Source of the DNA: Candidatus Hydrogenedentota bacterium
GTDB lineage: Bacteria; Hydrogenedentota; Hydrogenedentia; Hydrogenedentales; SLHB01
Reading direction: 5' to 3'
DNA: 64,000 bases
Assembly (NCBI GenBank): GCA_036769985.1
Contig: DAIPKA010000033.1
Coordinates: 8,900 to 72,899 of the forward strand
Shown here: one piece after another, positions 10,463 through 18,258 of the stretch
Numbering within the stretch: the stretch's first letter is position 1
Layout: every line of letters starts with the position of its first letter
The notes under the pieces: model-generated
Told to the model about the DNA's origin: nothing
The model's database searches: none
The model's input: the letters and a program-made list of their open reading frames with translations, nothing else
Made by a program: the position numbers and the translations under genes

Positions 10463-12337
10463 ATGCTGGGTTATCACCGATACAAAAAACAGAGTGGCGA
10501 GACGGAACCGGCCGCGAGTGATGCCTCCGCGAACGCCGCGATGACGCCCACTCCGCATGCCCAGGTGCAAGGCCTCGGTGAGGCCCTGGTGGCCCACGGA
10601 GTCATCTCGCAGGCACAGCTCGACCAAGCGTTGGCGATCCAACAGAAGCAGGGCGGCTTCGTGGGCCAGATCCTGGTCGACCTTGACCATGTTAAGCAGG
10701 ACGCGATTGTTTCGTTTCTCGTCAAGGAGTGCAAGATCCCGCATCTGAGTCTGCTCGACTACGATGTGAGCGACGACCTCATGCACCTGATTCCGATGGA
10801 GTTCTGTCTCGAGCACCACCTGCTTCCCATTGACAAGCTGGGCAAGATTCTGACCGTGGCCATGGTGGACCCCTTGGATTCGGCCACGCTGGACCAGGTT
10901 CGGGAGTTGTGTCCGGACCTGCGCATCAAGCCCATTCTGTGCAACTGGCGGCACTTCGAGACGGTGGCCCACAAGTTGTTCGGCGTGCAGGCCGGGGTTT
11001 CGAACGAAGTCACGGCGGACAGCCTTGGCCTGCCGAAGCTCCGCACTGCCCCGAAGGCGCCGTCTCCTTCCGAAAGCCCGGAGGGCGCGGAGGAAGCGGC
11101 ACCGGAAGCACTCGAGGAGGTGGTTGCCAATCTGGCTGCGGGTGCGGCGGAGACCGCAGCGGCCGCGGCGGGTCCCGAGGTGCCCCCACAGCCCCGTGGA
11201 CACGTCGCGGTGCCCGGTGACGCAACCGGGCCGGAGACAAGCGCCGCGCCGGTGGAAGAGGCCCCGTCGGCGGCGATCAGGGAGCCCGAGGCGCCTCCGC
11301 CGCGGCGGCACGAAGGCGGCGAGGGCCGTGGCGTCGAGGATGCGGCGGCTGCGCCGCTGGTCGCGGCGGTGCGTGAAGCCGTGCGCGAGGCGTCCGAGAA
11401 CCTGCTTCGGGCGGTGCCGTCGCTCCATCTCGCGCAGGCCGAGTCGGCGGCGGTGCGTGAGGCCGCCATGCGCGATCTCGTCGAGGCGGGTGAGAAACGC
11501 CAACGGGTTCAGCACGCATCGGTGCGGCCGTTCCGCCCCGATAGGGGCGCGCTGGGCCCGGAGATGCAGGAGGATGATCGGCACGTGATGGACGCCATGG
11601 CGTCTGAGACGCCGCTGGCGGGATTCACCTTCGAGACGTTCTACGCCGGAAAGGTCAACGAGTTTACATACAAGCTGGGACAGGCCGTGTCTGCCAATCC
11701 GGGCGGCGAATACAATCCTTTCTTTCTCTACGGCAATGTCGGGCTCGGGAAGACTCACCTCATCAACGCCATAGGGAACGCGATTTGTGAGTCGTCGCAC
11801 AACCGGCGCGTAGGTTACGTGTCGGCCAGTCACTTCGCGCGCAGACTGGCGGAGGCGCTCCAAGGGCATGCGCTCGAGATGTTCCGTCAGAACTACTGCC
11901 ATTGGGACGTTCTGATTCTGGACGACATTCAGTTCATGGGCGGGCGCATCGAGGCGCAGGAGGAGTTCTTTCACATCTTCAACGTGTTGCACCAGGAGGG
12001 ACGCCAGATTATCATTGCCGGAGACAAGGCGCCGGAGAAGCTGGGTCTGCTGGAACAGCGGCTCGTATCGCGTTTCGCCGGCGGCATTGTGGCGGAACTC
12101 AGGCCGCCCGAAATGGCCACGCGCCTGGCCATCCTGCGGCACTTGCTGAACGAGGCGAAGGCGGATATTCCGGAGGAGATCATTTCCGTCATTGCCATGC
12201 GCGTTCCGAACGACATGCGCATGATGGTCGGGGCGTTGCGGAAGATCATCGCCTTCGACAAGCTGATCGATCAGAAAATCACGTACGAGATGGCCAACGA
12301 GATTCTGAGCCATCTCGGTGTGGTCGAAGCGGCATAG
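10463..12337 (+). CDS. T2SS-E N-terminal (MshEN-like) domain fused to a DnaA/Hda-type AAA+ domain; no DnaA domain IV
   Basis: Residues about 36-172 form a T2SSE_N-like domain (GLGEALVAHGVISQAQLDQALAIQ..LLPIDKLGKILTVAMVDPLD). Residues about 175-385 are an Ala/Pro/Glu-rich linker. Residues about 388-624 are DnaA domain III-like: FTFETFYAGKVNEF, Walker A GNVGLGKTHL, Walker B LILDDIQF, RLVSRFAGG, NDMRMMVGAL. The protein ends at the domain III/IV boundary. Confidence 0.75.
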   Translation: MLGYHRYKKQSGETEPAASDASANAAMTPTPHAQVQGLGEALVAHGVISQAQLDQALAIQQKQGGFVGQILVDLDHVKQDAIVSFLVKECKIPHLSLLDYDVSDDLMHLIPMEFCLEHHLLPIDKLGKILTVAMVDPLDSATLDQVRELCPDLRIKPILCNWRHFETVAHKLFGVQAGVSNEVTADSLGLPKLRTAPKAPSPSESPEGAEEAAPEALEEVVANLAAGAAETAAAAAGPEVPPQPRGHVAVPGDATGPETSAAPVEEAPSAAIREPEAPPPRRHEGGEGRGVEDAAAAPLVAAVREAVREASENLLRAVPSLHLAQAESAAVREAAMRDLVEAGEKRQRVQHASVRPFRPDRGALGPEMQEDDRHVMDAMASETPLAGFTFETFYAGKVNEFTYKLGQAVSANPGGEYNPFFLYGNVGLGKTHLINAIGNAICESSHNRRVGYVSASHFARRLAEALQGHALEMFRQNYCHWDVLILDDIQFMGGRIEAQEEFFHIFNVLHQEGRQIIIAGDKAPEKLGLLEQRLVSRFAGGIVAELRPPEMATRLAILRHLLNEAKADIPEEIISVIAMRVPNDMRMMVGALRKIIAFDKLIDQKITYEMANEILSHLGVVEAA

Positions 12338-12356
12338 CCGCATAGGAGGAAGCGTT

Positions 12357-14087
12357 ATGCCTCCACGAGCAACCCGGCGCCGGTTGCCGGATATGCTTCT
12401 CGAGCAGGGACTCGTCACTGAGCGAGAACTCGAGGAGTGCATGGCAATCCATCGTGCCACCGGACAAGGTTTGGCCGACATCCTCGTCGAGAGAAACTAC
12501 CTTTCGGAAGAGGATCTCGTGGTCACGCTCAGCGAACAACTCGGCATTCCGCACATGCGCGTCGGCCACTACAACGTTCCCAAAAGCATCCTGGACGAGA
12601 TTCCCGAGACGCTCGCGCGCCAGTACATGATGCTACCGGTCTCGTTGACCGGCGACGTATTGACGATTGCCATGGCCGACCCGCTCAATATCATGGCTCT
12701 CGACGATCTCCAGATGCTGACAAGCTACGAGATTGAGCGCGTCGTCGCCATCCGCTCGGAACTGGCCGCCGCCATCGACAAGAACTATGGCGGCGGCAAG
12801 GCGGATGAAATGCTGGACGAGTTGCTCGGCAAGCAGGACGCCGAGCAGGCGAAGATCCAGGAAGTCGAATCCAAGGGAGAGGAGATCGAGGACGTCAGCG
12901 CCCTCGAGGCCGGGTCGGAGGACGAGCCCGTCAAGAAACTCGTCCGGCTGGTCGTCTTCAACGCCTTGGAGGTGGGGGCCAGCGACATCCACCTCGAGCC
13001 CTTCGAGAAGGAAATGCGGCTACGCTACCGGATCGACGGTTCGCTCGAAGAGGCCAAAGGTCCACCGAAGTCTCTACAGACCAAGATCATCGCGCGGCTG
13101 AAAATCCTGGCCGGCTGCAAGATCGACGAGAGCCGGCTGCCACAAGACGGCCGGTTCCGCATGCGATACAAGGGCAACGATATCGATTTTCGTGTTGGTT
13201 TCCTGCCATGTCGGTACGGCGAGAAGGTGGTGCTTCGCGTGCTCGACAAGAGCAGTCTCACGCTCGACCTTGACAAGATGGGGTTCGAAGACCAGCCGAT
13301 GGATGCCTTTCGGGAGGCGCTCGATCGCCCCAACGGCATGGTGTTGATGACCGGACCGACCGGGAGCGGCAAGACGACGACCCTCTACAGCGCCCTGTTC
13401 AAGCTGAACAAGGTGGACGTCAACATCGTGACCGTCGAGGATCCCATCGAGTACGAGCTCTACGGGATCAACCAGGTCCAGGTGCACGCCCGCATCGGCC
13501 TCACCTTCGCCGACGCGTTGCGCCAGATCTTGCGACAAGACCCGGACATTGTGATGCTGGGCGAGATCCGTGACAGCGAGACGGCCGACGTCGCCGTCAA
13601 GGCAGCGCTCACCGGACACCTCGTGCTCAGCACGCTCCACACCAACGATGCCGCCGGCGTGTTTCCCCGTCTGATCGATATGGGCGTGGAACCATTCCTG
13701 GTCCAATCGTCCGTCGTCTTAGCTGCGGCGCAGCGTCTGCTCAAACGCATCTGTGCCAGCTGCAAGGAGCCCATCCGTGTTCCGGCGGATGCGCTCGAAC
13801 GGATCCAGTTCAGGCCGGACCCGGGATCTCCGCCAGCCGAATTTGCTCGGGGACGAGGTTGCGCCAAGTGCAAGAATAGTGGCTACAAGGGCCGGCTGGC
13901 GACCATCGAGGCCATGCCGTGTTATCCGGAAGTGCAAGACCTCATCATGCAACAGGGATCCGGCAACATTATCAAGCGAACGGCCATGGCCTGCGGCATG
14001 CGGTCGCTCCGCCAGAACGCCTTGTCGAAGGCAGCCCGCGGCTTGACGACCATCGACCAAGTGCTTGAGCATACGATCGCAGACTGA
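12357..14087 (+). CDS. pilB: Type IV pilus assembly ATPase PilB (GspE family)
   Basis: An AGGAGGA SD precedes ATG 12357. T2SSE_N domain, Walker A GPTGSGKTTT, Walker B IVMLGEIRD, His box TGHLVLSTLHTN, C-terminal CASC..CAKC tetracysteine. 576 aa. Confidence 0.9.
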   Translation: MPPRATRRRLPDMLLEQGLVTERELEECMAIHRATGQGLADILVERNYLSEEDLVVTLSEQLGIPHMRVGHYNVPKSILDEIPETLARQYMMLPVSLTGDVLTIAMADPLNIMALDDLQMLTSYEIERVVAIRSELAAAIDKNYGGGKADEMLDELLGKQDAEQAKIQEVESKGEEIEDVSALEAGSEDEPVKKLVRLVVFNALEVGASDIHLEPFEKEMRLRYRIDGSLEEAKGPPKSLQTKIIARLKILAGCKIDESRLPQDGRFRMRYKGNDIDFRVGFLPCRYGEKVVLRVLDKSSLTLDLDKMGFEDQPMDAFREALDRPNGMVLMTGPTGSGKTTTLYSALFKLNKVDVNIVTVEDPIEYELYGINQVQVHARIGLTFADALRQILRQDPDIVMLGEIRDSETADVAVKAALTGHLVLSTLHTNDAAGVFPRLIDMGVEPFLVQSSVVLAAAQRLLKRICASCKEPIRVPADALERIQFRPDPGSPPAEFARGRGCAKCKNSGYKGRLATIEAMPCYPEVQDLIMQQGSGNIIKRTAMACGMRSLRQNALSKAARGLTTIDQVLEHTIAD

Positions 14088-14139
14088 AGAACGTTCGGGG
14101 ACTTCGCTGAGGAACTACTCACGGGAGGACGACGACACT

Positions 14140-15213
14140 ATGGTGCCAAGTTGCAAGGAACTCCTGACCAAGATGATCAAGGAGGGCGCCAGTGATATGC
14201 ACATTGTCGTCGGCGCGCCGCCGACGATTCGAGTCCACGGTAGTCTCGAGCCGCTGCCCGGCTACGACCCGTTGACGCCTGATGACACCCAAGAGATCAT
14301 TTACACCGTGATGACGGAAGAGCAGATCGCGGAGTTCGAGTCCGAGTTCGAGTGCGATCTCTCGTTCGGCATCGAGGGTCTCAGCCGATTCCGGCTCAAT
14401 GTCTTTCGCGACCGAGGCAGCACCGTCGCGGCGTTCCGCGCGATCCCCTTCGAGATCCTCTCGTTCCAGGACCTAGGCTTGCCTCAGGTGGTCTCGGACT
14501 TTGCCTACCGCCCGACGGGTCTCGTGCTGGTCTGCGGCGCCACGGGCAGCGGCAAGTCCACGACGTTGGCCGCCATCATCGGCAAGATCAACGCGGAGCG
14601 CGCCGTACACATCATCACCGTCGAGGACCCCATCGAGTTCCTCCACTCGCACAACCGATCCATTATCAACCAGCGCGAGGTCAATGCCGACACCAAGAGT
14701 TTCGGTGCGGCGCTCAAGCGGGTGTTGCGCCAGGATCCCGATGTGATTCTGATTGGCGAGATGCGCGACCCGGAGACAATTCAGGCTGCGTTGACGGTGG
14801 CCGAGACCGGCCACTTGGCCTTCGCCACGCTGCATACCAATGATGCCCTTCAGACCATCAACCGTATCGTGGACGTGTTCCCGTCCACCCAACAGGAGCA
14901 GATTCGGACCCAGCTTTCCTTCGTGCTCGAGGGCGTGGTGGTGCAGCAGTTATTGCCTCGCGCGGATGGTCTTGGGCGCGTGCTCGGACTCGAGATCATG
15001 GTGCCGAATCCGGCCATCCGCTCTTTGATCCGCAGTGAGAAGCTCGAGCAAATCCCATCGATGATCGAGATCGGTACGAGCGAGGGCATGATCACGATGA
15101 ATCAGTCGCTGTTTCGTCTCGCTCGCCGGGGGCTCATCACGACGGAAGTGGCCATGACGCGGAGCCCCAACCAGGAAGGCCTTGAACGGCTCATGGAAAA
15201 GGGACGTGAGTAA
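14140..15213 (+). CDS. pilT: Twitching-motility (retraction) ATPase PilT
   Basis: A GGGAGGA SD precedes ATG 14140. 357 aa with no N-terminal extension. ASDMHI, GATGSGKSTT, VILIGEMRD, TGHLAFATLHTN. Confidence 0.9.
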   Translation: MVPSCKELLTKMIKEGASDMHIVVGAPPTIRVHGSLEPLPGYDPLTPDDTQEIIYTVMTEEQIAEFESEFECDLSFGIEGLSRFRLNVFRDRGSTVAAFRAIPFEILSFQDLGLPQVVSDFAYRPTGLVLVCGATGSGKSTTLAAIIGKINAERAVHIITVEDPIEFLHSHNRSIINQREVNADTKSFGAALKRVLRQDPDVILIGEMRDPETIQAALTVAETGHLAFATLHTNDALQTINRIVDVFPSTQQEQIRTQLSFVLEGVVVQQLLPRADGLGRVLGLEIMVPNPAIRSLIRSEKLEQIPSMIEIGTSEGMITMNQSLFRLARRGLITTEVAMTRSPNQEGLERLMEKGRE

Positions 15214-16837
15214 GACGAGCCTGGATCACAGGCGACCCGTTTCGGAGAGTCACGGCGGTGTGCCGTGGATCATCGGCATCACGCGCGTGGCGGTGCTGAT
15301 TGTTGCGGCCTTCGGCCTCTACTGGTTTGGTGAGCTCTTCATCAGCCGGGGCGGCGTCTATCGCCTCGCGGTCCCGCGCTACATCGTCATCTTTCTGGTG
15401 ACGCTCTACGCCTTCAATCTGATCACCGGTGTGGTCTACCTCGGCGTGCTGCACCGCCATCGGGCCGCCACGGCCATCATGACCTGGACACAGGTCCTCC
15501 TCGATTTCAGCGTGGTGGTGAGCACGATCAGTGTCACGGGCGATAGCAACAGCGTGTTCACGGTGCTGTTGGTCATTGTCATTCTCGAGGCCGGGCTGTT
15601 GTTGGGACTGCCGCAAGGTTTTCTGTTTGCCATGCTGAGCATCGTATACGTGGCTGTTCAGGCATGGCCCAGCGATAGGGCCCAGGTGCCTCCTGAGCTC
15701 TGGTACGATATCCTTATTCAGAGCCTTGCCTTTCTCTTCACCGCCTTCATCAGCGGCTACTGGAACAACCTGATCTTCCGGCTGCGCTCGTTTCAGCGCG
15801 AGATCCTGGACAACCTGAGCAGCGGGTTTCTGATCACGGATCGCACGGGCGTCATTTCGGCTCAAAACCGCGCGGCCGATGAGATGCTGGGCCTGCCGGA
15901 CGGAAGCGCGCTGGGCCGTTCCGCTATCGAGATCCTCAGGCCGGAGTCCGGCGGCGAGTGTCCCATTATGACGGCGCTCCGGTCGGAGCGCGATTTCACG
16001 TCGTTCGAGTTCCACGCGGTGACTCATTCGGGGGGCTCCAAGCTGCTCGGACTCAGCACAAATCGCATCTACGACAAGCGCCACCGGCTCACGGGTTTGA
16101 TTGCGTCGTTCGCCGATATGACGGAAGTCGACACGATGCGTCAGGAGCTGCACCGGCAGGATCGCCTGGCCGCCTTGGGCGAGTTGGCCACCGACGTCGC
16201 GCACGAGATACGCAACCCGGTCGCCGTCATCCGTAGCGCGGTGGAAGAGTTGCAGAACAGTATCGAGTCGCCGGAGAAGGTCCGGAAGTTGGCGGCGCTG
16301 GCTCTGCGGGAATCGGATCATCTCAATCGGATCGTCCGCAGTTTCCTTGACTTCACGCGCAATCCCGTCCGCAAGCATGACGTGTTCGACGTGTGTGCCT
16401 TGTTGCGGGAGGTGGCCGATTCCCTACGGCATCAGTACGCCGACGCGTCGGCGCTCTCCGTCGAGCTCCGGAACGATGATCTCTCGTTTTCGGTTGCCGG
16501 TGACGCGTCGCAGATTCGGCAGGTGTTCATGAATCTGGGCACGAACGCGGTGGAAGCCATGGATAGGCGTGGCCTGCTGGCGATTATCGTCGCGCCTGCG
16601 GGACGATCGATCGAGATTCATTTCGACGACGAAGGCAGCGGCCTCGCGCCGGATCAGGTTGCGCGCATGTTCGAGCCTTTCTATACTACGAAGCAGTCGG
16701 GCGTAGGCATGGGCCTGGCCATCTGCATGCGGATTGTCACGGCCCACGACGGCACGCTGCGCGCCGTGCCGCGGGAGCAGGGGGGGACGCGGATGACGGT
16801 GCGATTGCCGGCTGCCCGCAACCCGCAGACGGAGTAA
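15182..16837 (+). CDS. Membrane sensor histidine kinase (PilS-like)
   Basis: Roughly 6 N-terminal TM helices, a PAS-like segment, the H-box ELATDVAHEIRNPV, and HATPase N/G boxes (NLGTNAVEAM, DEGSGL, GVGMGLAI). Overlaps the pilT 3' end; an alternative GTG start exists at 15206. Confidence 0.8.
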   Translation: MNGSWKRDVSKTSLDHRRPVSESHGGVPWIIGITRVAVLIVAAFGLYWFGELFISRGGVYRLAVPRYIVIFLVTLYAFNLITGVVYLGVLHRHRAATAIMTWTQVLLDFSVVVSTISVTGDSNSVFTVLLVIVILEAGLLLGLPQGFLFAMLSIVYVAVQAWPSDRAQVPPELWYDILIQSLAFLFTAFISGYWNNLIFRLRSFQREILDNLSSGFLITDRTGVISAQNRAADEMLGLPDGSALGRSAIEILRPESGGECPIMTALRSERDFTSFEFHAVTHSGGSKLLGLSTNRIYDKRHRLTGLIASFADMTEVDTMRQELHRQDRLAALGELATDVAHEIRNPVAVIRSAVEELQNSIESPEKVRKLAALALRESDHLNRIVRSFLDFTRNPVRKHDVFDVCALLREVADSLRHQYADASALSVELRNDDLSFSVAGDASQIRQVFMNLGTNAVEAMDRRGLLAIIVAPAGRSIEIHFDDEGSGLAPDQVARMFEPFYTTKQSGVGMGLAICMRIVTAHDGTLRAVPREQGGTRMTVRLPAARNPQTE

Positions 16838-16843
16838 ACCTCG

Positions 16844-18250
16844 ATGATCGCTAAGCAACGGGTGTTGGTTGTCGACGACGAAATCAACATGCGCGAACTG
16901 CTCGAGATCATTCTCGATACGGACGGATACGAAGTGGTGTCAGTTCCCGACGTGCCGTCGGCTATTGAGGCGTGCAACGCTACGGTGTTCGACGCGGTCC
17001 TCACCGATCTCCGCATCGGTAACGAGAAAGAAGCCGGCATGGAACTCCTGACGTGGCTCAGCGAGAATGCGCCGACTACACCGGCCATTATGATGACGGC
17101 CCACGGATCCGTCGAGACGGCCATCGAAGCCATGAAGCGCGGGGCCGACGACTACGTTATGAAACCGTTCAAAAACGACGAAATCCGGCTGCTGATTCGC
17201 CGCTCGATCCAGCAACGCAATATCCTTCGAGAGAATGTCGCGCTCCGTCGTGACCAGGTGGCTCGGGGGAAGATCACCAACATCATCGGCAACAGCCACG
17301 CTATCGAGGAAGTCAAGACCATGATCCGGCGCGTGGCTATGCTTCCCAGCACCATCGCGATCCACGGGGAAAGCGGCGTCGGAAAGGAAGTCGTGGCCCG
17401 CGCCATCCACACGCTCAGTGCCCGGGCGGACAAGCCCTTTGTCGCCATCAACTGCGGCGGGATCCCCGAGCACCTCCTCGAGAGCGAATTATTCGGCCAC
17501 AAGCGCGGATCGTTCACCGGCGCCGTAGACGACAAGGAAGGTCTGTTCGTGGTGGCGCACGGAGGGTCCTTGTTTCTCGACGAGATCGGCGAGATGCCCC
17601 TCAGTCTCCAAGTCCGTCTCCTGCGCGTCCTCGACAACAACAGCGTGATGCCCGTGGGCGGAACGTCCCAGATCAAGGTCGATGTACGCATCGTTTCGGC
17701 CACGAACCGCGACCTCGAGAAGATGGTGGCCGACGGCACGTTCCGCAAGGATTTGTTTTATCGCCTGAACGTGATTCCGGTGTATGTGCCGCCGCTCCGC
17801 GACCGGGCGGATGACATTCCGCTGCTGGCGCGGCATTTCATCGAAAAGCACGCCTCGAAGATGGGAAGGCAGCGCCTAGGCATCTCGAAGGCCGCAATGG
17901 CGGCCCTGCAGCGCTTCGCCTGGCCCGGCAATGTTCGTGAGCTCGAGAACGTCATGGAGCGCGCGGTGGCCCTGTGCTCGAGTGAGGAGATCAACGTGGA
18001 CGATCTACCTCAAAACGTGCGCAATTTCATGGCCGAGCCGGCAGAGTGCATGGTCGAGCTTCCCCCCGGGGGCCTCGATCTCGAGGCCCGCATGGACAAG
18101 ATTGAGTCGGCCATGATTGGCCAAGCACTCGAGCGCTCCAAGCACTCGCAGAAGCGTGCGGCCCAACTCCTCGGTCTTACGCCGCGCTCATTGCGGTACC
18201 GCCTCAAGAAGCACGGGCTCGAAACCGACGCTTCCGACGAAGACGAGTAG
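16844..18250 (+). CDS. Sigma-54-dependent response regulator (NtrC/PilR family)
   Basis: Receiver domain (VLVVDDE..LTDLRIG), sigma-54 AAA+ domain (GESGVGKE, ESELFGHKRGSFTGA, RLNV), C-terminal Fis-type HTH (AAQLLGLTPRSLRYRLKKHG). Starts 6 nt after the kinase stop. Confidence 0.85.
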   Translation: MIAKQRVLVVDDEINMRELLEIILDTDGYEVVSVPDVPSAIEACNATVFDAVLTDLRIGNEKEAGMELLTWLSENAPTTPAIMMTAHGSVETAIEAMKRGADDYVMKPFKNDEIRLLIRRSIQQRNILRENVALRRDQVARGKITNIIGNSHAIEEVKTMIRRVAMLPSTIAIHGESGVGKEVVARAIHTLSARADKPFVAINCGGIPEHLLESELFGHKRGSFTGAVDDKEGLFVVAHGGSLFLDEIGEMPLSLQVRLLRVLDNNSVMPVGGTSQIKVDVRIVSATNRDLEKMVADGTFRKDLFYRLNVIPVYVPPLRDRADDIPLLARHFIEKHASKMGRQRLGISKAAMAALQRFAWPGNVRELENVMERAVALCSSEEINVDDLPQNVRNFMAEPAECMVELPPGGLDLEARMDKIESAMIGQALERSKHSQKRAAQLLGLTPRSLRYRLKKHGLETDASDEDE

Positions 18251-18258
18251 CCGGCGGT

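Noticed and set aside
10289-12481. 730-aa ORF antisense to the MshEN/DnaA-like fusion gene
   Set aside because: Arg/Gly/His-rich low-complexity translation with no recognisable motif, lying exactly antisense to a gene with strong family signatures. Long antisense ORFs are expected in GC-rich DNA because stop codons are AT-rich.
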